Shown here: positions 25,634-38,695 of the stretch, in pieces
Layout of the letters: the number at the start of each line of letters is the position of its first letter
Position numbering within the stretch: position 1 is the first letter of the stretch
Assembly (NCBI RefSeq): GCF_963506605.1
Contig: NC_083278.1
Coordinates: 90,644,001-90,708,000, forward strand
DNA from: Zootoca vivipara
Lineage: Eukaryota
Length of the DNA stretch: 64,000 bases
Direction of reading: 5' to 3'
Notes under the pieces: model-generated
Told to the model about the DNA's origin: nothing
What the model saw: only the letters and a program-made list of their open reading frames with translations
Databases searched by the model: none
Translations under genes and position numbers: made by a program

Positions 25634-25920
25634 GCTCCAAAGTTCTGGTGGTCTGCAATGCTTCTAGAAGGGAGGAAAAGAAAGAAAAAGTTTAAAATGA
25701 AAAAGGCACAATTTTGTCCATAATATACTGGTCTCAGTGTTCTACATGATCTGCCGAATAAAAATAAACCTGGATTAAGGATGCACCAAGTATCTGTACA
25801 GTTACAATTACGGCTGCGCAATAGCTGGTTTTTCACCATCTCGATATATCGCCAGGTAAACATCACGGTATACCGATATATCACAATGTCTGAAATAAGG
25901 ATGGAGCTAAGTACAGTACA

Positions 25921-26240
25921 GGGACGTGGGTGGCACTGTGGTCTAAACCACTGAGCCTAGGGCTTGCCAATCGGAAGGTCAGCGGTTCGAATCCCTGCAA
26001 CGGGATGAGCTCCCATTGCTTGGTCCCAGCTCCTGCCAACCTAGCAGTTCGAAAGCACATCAAAGTGCAAGTAGGTAGGGAAGGTAAACGGTGTTTCCGT
26101 GCGCTGCTCTAGTTTCGCCAAAAGCGGCTTAGTCATGCTGGCCACATGACCTGGAAGCTGTCTGCGGACAAATGCAGGTTCCCTCGGCTGGTAAAGCGAG
26201 AGTCGTTCGCAACTGGACTTAACTGTCAGGGGTCCTTAAT
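25921..26240 (+). mobile_element. Sauria SINE, full length with internal deletions
   Basis: GGGACGTGGGTGGCACTGTGG head and conserved body; degenerate TAAGTA..CAGTA flanks. Confidence 0.9.
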
Positions 26241-27277
26241 CTTTTTAAGTATACAGTATAGACATTGGCTGGCTTCATGTTTTCCCCGCATCATGACTTC
26301 TGCATTGTCCTTGACCACTGACCAAGCTAACTACAAATGAATTTGTGTTCAACAACACTGGGGTGAGCGTGGGCTCAAAGGTTAGTCACCCTGATCTAGA
26401 AGAAGGGACTGCTATCAGTGATTTAACATCTTTATAATGTACATAACATTAAAGCTTTGTGATTGTTAATAGCTTGCTAAGATTCTGTTTGCTCCACAGG
26501 GACCCATAAACATTAATTTTCTCTTTCTTATCTACTACTGAGCTGTTAAGAGTGCCTGAAACTGTACAGCCAGCCAAGCTATTTAATTGGTTCATCACTA
26601 ATATCGAACAGAAGGTGCTATGCACAATGGAATGCTGCCCATAGCAACCCCGGATGCTGATTCTCAGAGCCATTTGGGTTTGGAATCCTCAATGCCTAAA
26701 GCTAAAGCGGGGGGGGGGGGGGGGGAAGAGTCTTGAATAATGTAACTTAAAACTATTTATTCTGTTATACTCAGACACTCTGCAAAGTTAATACCAAACG
26801 GCAACCAGTCAAAACTTGACAGCATTTTCTAGACAGGAATATTTTCCTTCAGAATCCAATTCCTCGCATTCCTATGTTTAATATTCTTTCCCGACCCACT
26901 GCACCCTAAACCAGTAGACCCCATTAAAAAGTTACTGAACACACACTTGCCAAGTTTAAATTTAAGCAGTTGAATGAAGTTGGTTGCTGTCTGAAAACAT
27001 TTAATTTTTAAAATACTGTATGGCTGAAGTTAGGGTAGTTTACTCATGGATTGCATGGCAATTTCAGAATGGCTACAAAAAGTAATGTAACAATAAACAC
27101 ACAATTAAAAAGAAGAATATCCCCCCCTTAAAGAGACATCTGTACACTTTTCCTTTTGTGCAATAGATTCAGAAGCACGTTGACATGCTGGAGAATCACT
27201 ATCTTCTGAACAGGAAATTCAAGCATCCAAGACAACCAACAGCTTCTTCCATATTTTCATTAGAATTTCTAAGGCAT

Positions 27278-27529
27278 AAGGGGTCAGCAAACTTTTTCAC
27301 CAGGGGGCTGGTCCACTGTCCCTCAGACCTTGTGGGGGGCCAGACTATATTTTTTTGGGGGGAAATGAACGAATTCCTATGCCCCACAAATAACCCAGAG
27401 ATGCATTTTAAATAAAAAGACATATTCTACTCATGTAAAAACATGCTGATTCCTGGACTGTCCGTGGGCCAGATTTAGACGGTGATTGGGCCGCATTTGG
27501 CCCCCGGGCCTTAGTTTGGGGACCCCCTG
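27278..27529. mobile_element. Non-autonomous hAT (Charlie-like) element
   Basis: Ends AGGGGTCAGCAAAC / GTTTGGGGACCCCCTG with GGCCC-rich subterminal motifs. Confidence 0.7.
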
Positions 27530-28772
27530 GAATAAACATTTATTGATCTGAACTCTGGGCAACCCAAAAAAGTCATGACTGGGACAAGGCAGACCAATTC
27601 CTTTGCTGTTAGGATGCAAATACACAAAAAGGCAGCTGAAAAATGACTATGACCTACCAAGTCTACAGAGAACATTTTGTGGTTTCTTTGTTCTCTATGA
27701 TGAGAGGGCAAAGATGAGTGGGTTCCCGGCTGCTCATGATAAGAGACAAGAGCCGCAGTACACACACACACACACACAAAAAAAATCAGCAATAAAAGAG
27801 CAGCAAGCTAGCAACAAAAAGCACAGTGAAACCCATGTGAAAGGGAAAGTGTCAAACTGTGGAAGGCTATTCCACAGAACCTGGTGGCGAAAGAGGTCCT
27901 GCTTCTCATGGGGCTCCTTCAGCAAGCTGTTGTCCCAAAGAGAAGAACAGACAGCGGAGAAGGTTGAAAATTGTAGTTCTGGTGTTAAGAACGGAGAGGG
28001 GGCTGCCAGGGTACCATTTGGAGAACTGGTTTACCAGGCTTCAGCAGGCTTGTCTGAATTTGTTCTGAGTCTGGCACTATGACCAAAATAAAAGAAGCAA
28101 AGGTGTATATGGCTAAGGTAGCAGTTTATTACAGAACTCCAGAAGAAAAAAGCTCTGTTCCTTCTCTTTTTAATCCTACAACAGATTCTCCATTCTGGGG
28201 GGTTCTCTTTCTGCTAAGACAACCACTCAAGTACAGGATTTACCTTGGTATGGGATGGTTAGCACATCAGCCACGGCAATATCTTTCTCTTTTCTCCCAC
28301 CCACCCCTTTTTTGTTTTCATTTGGTGTCCTCTGCTCAGGGCCAATTTTGGAGTCCAAGGATTACACACACATGAAGGCGGTGGGTGAATGGAAGGACAC
28401 TGGGTGAGTGGCAGGGGAAGTAAAACCTCCCAGGATGAGAGATTGGGATAAGAAAGGAAAGTTCCCAGGTGAGAGCTGGGAGGGTCCACCACTTTCTGGG
28501 TGAGACAAGGGTTAAGAGCTACCTTTGAGACAGGACTCTGTTTTCTTCTCTCTCTGTTTTTATTTATACCAATTTCTTTTATCTTATTGTATTATGGAAA
28601 AGTTTTAATAGTTTTTTTAAAAAGAATTTTTTATCTGTAAAAATGATTCTGATATTATGTCAAGGTGCAGGAATATCGTTCATCTGAGTTTTGAGACTAC
28701 AGACAGAAAACTCATGACCATCAGGTTTAATTTCAAAAGCATCAGTAATGTACTTTGGAATCAGTATTAAAT

Positions 28773-29129
28773 GAAGGTAAAGGTAAAGGGACCCCTGACC
28801 ATTAGGTCCAGTCATAACCGACTCTGGGGTTGCGGCGCTCATCTCGCGTTATTGGCCGAGGGAGCCAGCGTACAGCTTCCAGGTCATGTGGCCAACATGA
28901 CTAAGCTGCTTCTGGCGAACCAGAGCAGTGCACGGAAACACCGTTTACCTTCCCGCCGGAGCGGTACCTATTTATCTACTTGCACTTTGACATACCTTCG
29001 AACTGTTAGGTTGGCAGGAGCAGGGACCGAGCAATGGAAGCTCACCCCGTTGCGGGGATTCGAACCGCCGACCTTCTGATCGGCAAGCCCTAGGCTCTGT
29101 GGTTTAACCCACAGCACTACCCGCGTCCC
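28773..29129 (-). mobile_element. Sauria SINE, full length
   Basis: 12-bp TSD TCAGTATTAAAT at 28761-28772 and 29130-29141; complete head and tail. Confidence 0.93.
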
Positions 29130-29234
29130 TCAGTATTAAATATCAAACTGCAAAAAAACAAAAAACAATAGCAACTTCAATCTCTACCGACAGTTGCACA
29201 GAAGGCAATGTGACTCCCAAAAGTTCCTCTAGAT

Positions 29235-29370
29235 CAGGCATAGGCAAACTCGGGCCTCCAGATGTTTTGGGACTACAATTCCCATCAACCCTGACCACTG
29301 GTCCTGTTAGCTAGGGATGATGGGAGTTGTAGTCCCAAAACATCTGGAGGGCCAAGTTTGTGTATGCCTG
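29235..29370. mobile_element. Palindromic hAT MITE
   Basis: TIRs; perfect TSD CTCTAGAT. Confidence 0.9.
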
Positions 29371-30262
29371 CTCTAGATAGTCAGAACCCATACCCATATC
29401 CGCAAGCCGAACCAAGTGAAAGTGATCCCACAAACCTGGACCAGACAGTACTCAAGGAGCCTCCCTGAGATCTGCTTCAACAGTAGCATCAAATTAGGAA
29501 TGGAAATGAGTGACTTTGCCCTCAAAGTGCTTCACAAAACTAATACAGTGGGCTACTCAGTGATCTGTTGCTACATCTGCTGGGCTGATACTAACCAGGC
29601 CCTTCAGCTTTAGGAAAAGTTTCCCTGGGTAGTACACAGAGTATGCAATTGTGGCTATAAAGTGAGCAGTCTCTGATGCCATCACCTTCACATAGACTCT
29701 CACCTGTGTTTGGTCCAAGACTTTGAGGAAGAACTGTAATGCTGTACTGTACTCAGACATGTGTGCAGGATTTTGTGTTCGCTCAAGTGAATATTAATTT
29801 TAGATGTGGGTAAACCTCTCCCATTCCTTCAGGCCAAGATGACGTATTTCATTACTCTGAAGAGGTTTTTTATGTTATTATTAAGAAAGGGTGCGGGGGT
29901 GGGAGAAGGAGGCTTAAAAAAACATTGGTTCAAGAAACGCCATCTGGACTAACACCACTTACTATTGAAAAAGACAAGTGCAAAATCAGGTGGGAATGAA
30001 GTACTGGAAATGTGGTTTCATTTGCTATTTAGTGCAGAGCATTATAAATCTTTAGATCGCCTTAGGAACCAGCTAATTAGCTATTGAACCATTCATCCCC
30101 AGCCTCTCCTAAATCCAACAAAAACTCAACTTAAAAAAAAGACGACAGTTCTATAACATTTAGCCTAGATTCTACTTGCACATGAAATTATTTCATATAT
30201 AAGCTGAAAAAGAAAGCTCCCAAGCAAACAATCCTGGTTTAGAGGGGTTGTGCTGTTTAAAT

Positions 30263-30389
30263 CAGGCATAGGCACACTCAGCACTCCAGATGTTTGGGGA
30301 CTACAGCTCCCATCATCCCTGACCACTAGCTAGGGGTGATGGGAGTTGTAGTACCAAAACAGCTAGAGGGCCGAGTTTGCCTAGGTCTG
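30263..30389. mobile_element. Palindromic hAT MITE
   Basis: TIRs; perfect TSD GTTTAAAT. Confidence 0.88.
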
Positions 30390-30780
30390 GTTTAAATCAT
30401 TGAATTCCTGCCAGATAAAGAGATTGCAGTATGCTAGTTGATGGAAATATGCATTCTCATTCTAAAGTTTCCATTAAGGTGTTTTCCTTAAATGGTGCAA
30501 GACAGACAAACTGAGCAATAATCATAGCTGTCAATTTCTCCCTTTTTTTAAGGGAAATTCCCTTATGCTGAATAGGCTTCCTCACGAGGAAAGGGAAAAC
30601 TTGACAGCTATGCAATATGCAACAGAGTGACATGCAACAACCTGTATAATTATTAAAATAAATTCTATCATTTTCTACAGAATGTTTATACAGCAAGCCT
30701 GCACCCTTCTCAGTCATGACACATTCACATCCAACATCATACCAAGAGTTTCTACTTTAGTTTTACAACAAAATTATGTG

Positions 30781-30788
<8 letters not shown>

Positions 30789-30833
<45 letters not shown>
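30789..30833. repeat. (GT)n(GA)n compound microsatellite
   Basis: Direct read. Confidence 0.95.
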
Positions 30834-30834
<1 letters not shown>

Positions 30835-30936
30835 GGGGGGCGGCTCTTGATATTTGGATTTTCTATCTATCTCTCAAGCCCATATTCCTAAGGCAATTAA
30901 GGAGATTTTAAAATGCTTAATATCGTTGATCCTAGC

Positions 30937-31088
30937 CAGTGCTTTTTTTCTTAAAAAATGTTTTAAGTGTACAGTACTCTCATTTTCCTACTCATTTTTA
31001 AAATACTGCCCCTCAATGAGGTCAAACTTAGATTCACAGAATGTTTAGGGGTATGTGTACCCCTGCGTCCCCCAGAAAAAAAGCACTG
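30937..31088. mobile_element. hAT-type MITE (CAGTGCTTTTTTTC TIR)
   Basis: TIRs; TSD ATCCTAGC/ATCTTAGC. Confidence 0.8.
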
Positions 31089-32041
31089 ATCTTAGCTTCT
31101 GGCTCTCAGCTAGACATTTTTGAAATTCCCTAGTACCTTTGCTATTCACAGGCCAAGGGAGTCTCCCACAGTTTCCTGGCACTTGCTTTTTATTTTGTTT
31201 ATAGGCCGCTAGCTATACACTGAACATTCTTCTTTAACTATGATAACTTACTCCTCGAGGAAGCTCTGTTTCTGCAGAATGTCATTCCCTAAGCAAAGTA
31301 GTTTAGGTCTACTTTAATGTGTACAAAGAAAATGTGTGTGTGTGTGTGCGTGTGTGTGTTAAATCCAACAAGCTTGCGGTAATGAGTATTAATAAGTATT
31401 TTAACTCCTTTCCTTCAAACAAAGGTGGAGGCATATGCTTGCAAAGCCCTCTTCCCTTGATCACCACCTGACCACCTCCCTTTCCTGTCTCCTCCTAATA
31501 GGAGCTTGGAGCTGAGAGCACTCATTATGTGTTAAGAAGGATGCCCATTATCTGATTCTTCACCCCTGAAGCTTGGATGTGGATGTTTCCTCAGCAACGT
31601 TTTGCACAGGCAATGGCTTTCATTTATGTACAGGTGTAAGTATATGTTATTGCAGATACTACTTAAAATTTACATCCTTCTTAAACCTAAATCAATCATT
31701 AATGCATAGCGTTTGCTCACAATACATGAATTCAGAGGTACTGGGGTCACTCAGCTGATTGTTGCAAATATCATTTGCTAAAATCCTCTTATACTGGTAC
31801 TGCCTTTCATCATTCTTGACCCTAGGGTGTGTTACAAACATATAAAGTAGATAAAGCCAATTCTCAAATCAATTATTTATTCATTTTTGGAAAATGCTAT
31901 GGATGTCTTATATAATATCAACACCTATGAAGGCTGGGGAAGTATGTAATCCACCAAAAGAATGGCCGGGGAAACCCAGCCAGATGGCAGGGTGTGTTTG
32001 TTTGTTTGTTTATTGCTACTACTACTATACCACTGTAGGTG

Positions 32042-33393
32042 TTGTTGTTGTTTAGTCGTTTAGTCGTGTCCGACTCTTCGTGACCCCATGGACCATAGCA
32101 CGCCAGGCACTCCTGTCTTGCACTGCCTCCCGCAGTTTGGTCAAACTCATGTTCGTAGCTTCGAGAACACTGTCCAACCATCTTGTCCTCTGACGTCCCC
32201 TTCTCCTAGTGCCCTCAATCTTTCCCAACATCAGGGTCTTTTCCAAGGATTCTTCTCTTCTCATGAGGTGGCCAAAGTATTGGAGCCTCAGCTTCACGAT
32301 CTGTCCTTCCAGGGAGCACTCAGGGCTGATTTCCTTAAGAATGGATAGGTTTGATCTTCTTGCAGTCCATGGGACTCTCAAGAGTCTCCTCCAGCACCAT
32401 AATTCAAAAGCATCAATTCTTCGGCGATCAGCCTTCTTTATGGTCCAGCTCTCACTTCCATACATCACTACTGGGAAAACCATAGCTTTAACTATACGGA
32501 CCTTTGTCGGCAAGGTGATGTCTCTGCTTTTTAAGATGCTGTCTAGGTTTGTCAATGCTTTTCTCCCAAGAAGCAGGCGTCTTTTAATTTCGTGACTGCT
32601 GTCACCATCTGCAGTGATCAAGGAGCCCAAGAAGGTGAAATCTCTCACTGCCTCCATTTCTTCCCCTTCTATTTGCCAGGAGGTGATGGGACCAGTGGCC
32701 ATGATCTTGGTTTTTTTGATGTTGAGCTTCAGACCATATTTTGCGCTCTTCTCTTTCACCCTCATTAAAAGGTTCTTTAATTCCTCCTCGCTTTCTGCCA
32801 TCAAGGTTGTGTCATCTGCATATCTGAGGTTGTTGATATTTCTTCCGGCAATCTTAATTCCGGCTTGGGATTCATCTAGTCCAGCCTTTCGCATGATGAA
32901 TTCTGCATATAAGTTAAATAAGCAGGGAGACAATATACAACCTTGTTGTACTCCTTTCCCAATTTTGAACCACTCAGTTGTTCCATATCCAGTTCTAACT
33001 GTAGCTTCTTGTCCCACATATCGAGATTTCTCAGGAGACAGATGAGGTGATCAGGCACTCCCATTTCTTTAAGAACTTGCCATAGTTTGCTGTGGTCGAC
33101 ACAGTCAAAGGCTTTTGCATAGTCAATGAAGCAGAAGTAGACGTTTTTCTGGAACTCTCTAGCTTTCTCCATAATCCAGCGCATGTTTGCTATTTGGTCT
33201 CTGGTTCCTCTGCCCTTTCGAAATCCAGCTTGCACTTCTGGGAGTTCTCGGTCCACATACTGCCTTAGCCTGCCTTGTAGAATTTTAAGCATAACCTTGC
33301 TAGCGTGTGAAATGAGCGCAATTGTGCGGTAGGTGGAGCATTCTTTGGCACTGCCCTTCTTTGGAATTGGGATGTAGACTGATCTTCTCCAAT
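32042..33393 (-). mobile_element. BovB (RTE) LINE, 5'-truncated, RT C-terminal part, one frameshift
   Basis: ORFs contain FIDYAKAFDCVDH, QGCILSPCLFNLY and LRYADD. (CAA)n tail. 12-bp TSD CCACTGTAGGTG at 32030-32041 and 33394-33405. 2-nt insertion at about 33021 relative to the second copy. Confidence 0.95.
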
Positions 33394-35437
33394 CCACTGT
33401 AGGTGCCACTAGCCAAACATCCAAGGGGAGGATGTTTCACATTTGGGTCTCTACCGTCCTATTCTTCTCCTTCTTTGGTGATCATTTGTAGCAGAGTAAG
33501 ATTGTCTTCCATGAACAGGGCCTTAAGGAGAAAGCTGGTTCTTGTGTCACAACATAATCCACCAATTCTTCATAAAGAGCTAAATTGATCCATCACATTA
33601 TTCAACACCTTCCAAGTCACGAAACATTTTTAAGATTAATCTTCTCCTCTCCTATTTAAGTGTTTTGTTGCATTACTGCCAATCCACATCCCAAAAGACT
33701 TGATGTGTCTGCCCTGACCTTGAGAAATTATTGCATTTCCTGGGCTGAAGGCTGGGCTAGGAATTGCAATTCCACTGACAGGGATTTTCCAGATATCACC
33801 ATGCCAAGGTAATAAAAATTGCTTTACAGATAGGCACAGAGAATGCACATTAATTCAGTATTGGCAGCAATAGAGTGAAGGAATGACTGCTGGGAATAGC
33901 AGTAAGGTTGGAGAGAAGAAATTAAAAGCCTTATTTTTTTTTTAAAAAAAATCTATCAACAGGTTAATTTACCTAAAGGTAAAGATTAAATGCAAGTGCA
34001 AGAACAATCCACTTAATGGGTTCTTGCCTTCATTGGGATGGTGCCAAACTATCTAGAAGGGACTTTAATATACAATTGTAGTTTCTGTTTAGAACAACGT
34101 ATTGTGCAACTTAAAAGTAAATCGGGTTGAAATAATTAAATGTATTAGGTAACTTGAGGAACTGGCAGAACTCTTAGTTAAATATGTCAATAGCTTCTTC
34201 ACCTCACAAACAGCAAAAGAGCCATTTTTAAGAGTTAGGTAAATTTACAAATAACATTTTAGACTAGAAATTACTGGTATATGCTTGCAAGACTTCCCTG
34301 TATCAAGCAAAGAAAGCTGTGCACTCTTACGGTAGCACTATGCAAAAAGGATTCTAAGAATTGTAATGCAATAAGTTTAAATCATACACTCTACAATTTT
34401 AAGCACCGTCTTTGCACTAAAACTTATATACACAGCTTAATGACTTTTCATTGCTATGTAAAGGCTAGCTTTCATTATGATAAATCCCTTATGCTTACAA
34501 TAATGCTACACACACACACAGTGTGATATGCTATTTTTCAGCTGAAAACGGAAGTAACTTGAACTGAAACTTGTACAGGAACTCACAATAAATTATGTAA
34601 ACAGGGAATGTCAATATTTAGAGTAACCCACAGCAGTAGAAAATCCTGTTAAGATAATGCACAACTGTAAAAGAATTGTTCTGCTACATGCATTTGAAAG
34701 GCAAATAACACAATAAGTTTGAAACCAATTTTGGATAATGTGTATTATCTAGAACCATCCAGTGTGCTGTGCTAACAGAAGTTGCAAAGCTGAATTAAAT
34801 TAAACTGGCTTTGACACACAGGAATCGTTAAGGACAGCTGAGCTATAATTTTAGCATATAACTGGTTAAAAGCTTTTGTACCTAAACATGCGCACACTTT
34901 TCAAACTGACAAGATACCTTTAGACTTCTGCACTTAATAGCTGTGTTTTGTTTAAAAAAAGGGGGTCATAAAACCATACAATATTTTAGTATTCTAAATA
35001 GCCATACAATGAACATGTTATAAATGACATTCAGTGCAGGTTTCCTAATCTGTTTATCAGATAAGAAAATTGCTTGTTGTACATGCATATCCCCAAGTAA
35101 ATTTAAGATACCAATCAAGTTTAATTGTTGAATGCCTTCTGCCAGTTTTGCAGGCACGTTCTGCTTCCTTAAAAACAATACCTACTTACATTTGTTCTCT
35201 TCAATCACTATAAAAGCATTTTGCCTTCTGTTGGGTCAGAACAAAACCAGGAAAATCTCTTACTTTAGACACGTTCCCTGGCAGCCTTTAAGTTTTGCCA
35301 CACTTATTTTCAGGCTTCTTAAGTCTCCCCCTTCAACTGCAGTCCCATTGTAAGTCAACAATCATATGCATACTTAACACAGCTTTGCAAAAACAAATAA
35401 ACAAACCCGTAAGTTCTTAATACTTGCATTAACTCAC

Positions 35438-35579
35438 CCAATTATTCTGAAATTCCTGGCTTAAGCCGCATCAAAAAATGTAGTGCAGAAACTAGAGATA
35501 AATATTGCGGGGGGGAATCTCTCCTTGATTGCCAAATAAAAACAGTGTTGAAGAATTAAAATCGTTATCTTGAAATGAA
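35438..35579 (-). other. DISP1: Candidate non-coding 5'UTR exon of DISP1 (142 nt) containing uORF MRLKPGISE*
   Basis: Acceptor gagttttctttag and donor TGG|GTGAGT in non-repetitive sequence upstream of the ATG exon. Human DISP1 is recalled to have a similar-sized non-coding exon here (unverified). Confidence 0.55.
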
Positions 35580-36563
35580 CTAAAGAAAACTCAAAGCTAT
35601 ATGCACGATCTTTTAAGAAGCCTCCATGGCAAAAGCTGTTGGTTAACTGCTCAGAACAGCAGAGACAAAATAGCTGCTTCAGGCTGCTCTGCAATACTGC
35701 AAAGAGCAGTCTGTATGACACGCACATGCAAATTGCCTTAAATCAGGCTTGTTGGGGGCTGGAATTTCTAGCTCTCTTTCTCCTATTGGACAGTCGAATT
35801 TCCCTCCTAATGAGCCTCAAGGGACAAGGGCTCAGTGGTAACAGCTGGTATGGCAAAGGCTTGATTTCCATGCAAGGTTAGAAAGGCAGGATATTACCAT
35901 TAACATGGCTCTCTCCCTCCCCCCCCCCTTTCTGCAGGAGACGCTCAAATACAGTATTGCTGCTAAACATATCTGTGTTTTTGCTTTTAAACTGAACTAC
36001 TCGCTAGATTAAGACCCTTTCAGATGGCCTTATTTGGTTTGCTATTTTAGAGAAACTTTAAACTCCAGCGTCCAGGTACCTCATTTGTAAGATCTATCAC
36101 ATACTGTATATGGATTTTTCACTACACTTTGCAAACATAGGCCCACACTACACTAAGAACAGCAGAGAAGCACGGCTGGGTCAGTCCAAAAAGAATCTAC
36201 CAACTCCAACATTCAGCTACCAACAGAGGCCAGGCCAGTCAAATGCATCTGGGAAGTTCACAAGCAGGGAATAAAGGCAATAACCCTCTCCCATTATTAT
36301 CCAGATCCCGGCAACTGGTATGCAGAGGCATTCCGTCTCTGAACCTGGAAGGTTCTATTTAGGTATAATGTCGAATAGATCTATCCTCCACAAACTTGTC
36401 TACCCTATTAAAAGACATTTAAGTCTGGAGATGCCACTGCCGCCAAATCTTGTGGCAGTGGGTTTAATAAATGAATCACTTTCTTTTATGTCTCCTGAAT
36501 CTGTGGTCAAACAATTTATGTGTCCGGAATCTGAGGTCAAAAGGTGTGCAAAAGGAGGAAAAA

Positions 36564-36702
36564 CATAGAATTGTAGAGTTGGAAGGCATCCGTAGGATCA
36601 TTTATTCCACCCCCTGCAACGCAGGAATATGCAGCTGTCCGATACGGGGATTGAACCTGCAACCTTGGCGTTATCAGCACTACGCTCTAACCAACAAAAG
36701 CT
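36564..36702 (-). mobile_element. tRNA-Ile-derived SINE with CR1-type tail
   Basis: Minus strand GTTGGTTAGAGCGTAGTGCTGATAACGCCAAGGTTGCAGGTTCAATCCCCGTA, then CCTTCCAACTCTACAATTCTATG. Confidence 0.8.
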
Positions 36703-37323
36703 GAATGAATTTGTTGCATCTTTACTGAAGAAGATGCAGGACAGATCCCAGTCCCTGAACTAACTTTCTCAGGAAGGAAGTTTGGGAAACCGAGGTAAGC
36801 AGTTGTGACAAGAGATGAAAATCTAGGTCTTGCTGACAAAATAAAAAACAATACATCATCACATCCAGATGGCATCCACCCAAGAGATTTCAAATGTGAA
36901 ATTGCTTATCTTCTAACAAAAATTTGTAACTTGAAAGATCAGCCTCCATTACGGAAGGCTGAAAATTGGACAGTGTAACAGCTATTTTTATAAAGGGATA
37001 GAGGGCAGGAAGATCTAGAAAATTACATGTCCGTTCTGGGAAAACTGAAAGAAAGCAATAATGATGATGAAGCTAGAATTACCAAGCACTTAGAAGAATA
37101 GTTCTTTGTGAAAAGAAACCCTGCCTGTATGACCTTTTTAGAGTTTATTTATTTGGATTATTTTTATAGACCACTTATATTTAAACAAATCCACTTGAAG
37201 CTGTTTTGTTCTTCGAGTGTGAAAAAGCATGTGGATAGGGGTGATCTAGATGGCACTGCATACTCTGACTTTCAAAAAGCTCTTGGCAAAGTCCCTCATC
37301 AAAGAGGAAGCTAAGCCAAGCTT

Positions 37324-37375
37324 GTCATGGGGTCACGAAGAGTCGGACACGACTAAACGACTAAACAACAACAAC
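37324..37375 (+). mobile_element. 52-bp BovB 3' tip inserted into a CR1 fragment
   Basis: GGGGTCACGAAGAGTCGGACACGACTAAACGACTAAAC(AAC)n. TSD AAGCCAAGCTT at 37313-37323 and 37376-37386. Confidence 0.9.
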
Positions 37376-37896
37376 AAGCCAAGCTTACTCATAATGTAAG
37401 AGGGCAGGTCCTCTTATGGATCAGTAGTGGGTTAAAGAACAGGAAGCAGACGGTAAAAAAAACAAAAAACAAAGACAGTTCTCACAATGTAAGGATGTAA
37501 GAAGTAGGGTCTCTCAGGATCTATATTGGGAACTGAGCTTTTAAACTTGTTCATAAGTGATCTAGAGTTAGGAATGAATAGTGAGAGAGCAAAGTGTGCT
37601 GGTGACAACAAATGGTCAAAACAAAAAGGCACTGAGAGGAGTTTGAAAAGGATCTACCCAAACCTGATAAATGGGCAGTAAAATTGCAAAGGCAAAACAA
37701 TCGAGCGGAAAGCAATGCACATTGGGGCAAAAATTAAAAATAAATTAAAATCTAGCCTCACATACCGGTATATATGGTGCCTGAACTGGCAGTGACCAAC
37801 AAGGAAAGAAATCCTGTGGTTGTTTTGGATGGTTGGTTGAAGATGCTGACCCAGCTATGGCAAAAGCACATTGCAGGCTAGGGAGCACAAATAGGA

Positions 37897-38034
37897 AGAA
37901 TCATACGATTGTAGAGTTGGAAGGGACTCTGAGGATCATCTAGTCCAATCCCCTGCAATGCAACTGTCCCATATGGGAATCGAACCTGCAACCTTGGTTC
38001 TATCAGCACCACACTCTAATCAACTGAGCTATCC
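37897..38034 (-). mobile_element. tRNA-Ile-derived SINE with CR1-type tail (second copy)
   Basis: Similar to 36564-36702. Confidence 0.78.
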
Positions 38035-38559
38035 ATTCACATATTGTGCTCATGCAGACTTCCCATAGCATCACTGTGAGAACATGATGCTGGCCTAGAT
38101 GGCCAGTTGGTCTGATCCAGAGGGCTCTTATGTTCTTAAATCAGCGTTTTTACTTGTTGATTTAAATCCCTGAAATAAAGTATCTCTCCACTGCGATTCA
38201 TAGCATTGCAGTAATTAATCCAGAAAGGAACATACCATAGTGCTCAAATCACCATCTTCCAGGAAGGCATATTACATTTTACTTTACCTTTTTTTATTAC
38301 ACTATATCAGAAGAGGTGGATGACACTCCTGGGTACAACTGTCAACTAAGCATCTGGGAGCAAAGATGAGGCAGAAAGAATTCCCAAGTTATGCAATTGC
38401 TCCTTCAAAAGTAACTGGAACCACATCCTTCCACAAATGACATGTACCCTGGGAAAGCTACAATGGTCAAGGGCTGCAAAAAAGATTCTATACAGTGGAA
38501 CATCATTCCTTAGGTTTTATATGCAATACTCTGGCCTTTACCTCCTTGAAGGTGTTATT

Positions 38560-38695
38560 CAGGCATCCCCAAACTGCGGCCCTCCAGATGTTTTGGCCTA
38601 CAACTCCCATGATCCCTAGCTAACAGGACCAGTGGTCGGGGAAGATGGGAATTGTAGTCCAAAACATCTGGAGGGCTGGAGTTTGGGGATGCCTG
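38560..38695. mobile_element. Palindromic hAT MITE
   Basis: TIRs; perfect TSD GTGTTATT. Confidence 0.9.

Larger units (their letters stand above)
37226..38138 (+). mobile_element. Degenerate CR1 LINE RT fragment plus 3' tail, interrupted by a BovB tip and a tRNA-Ile SINE
   Basis: Degenerate KHVDRGD..Y.DFQKA..KVPHQR and GV.QGS.LG..LF.LFI.DLE motifs; CR1-type tail ending TTATGTTCTTA. Confidence 0.75.

Noticed and set aside
34587-34664. Another possible 78-nt DISP1 UTR exon (cttttacag ... GTGAGT)
   Set aside because: Supported by splice-like motifs only, with a weak exonic donor context; not enough without transcripts.
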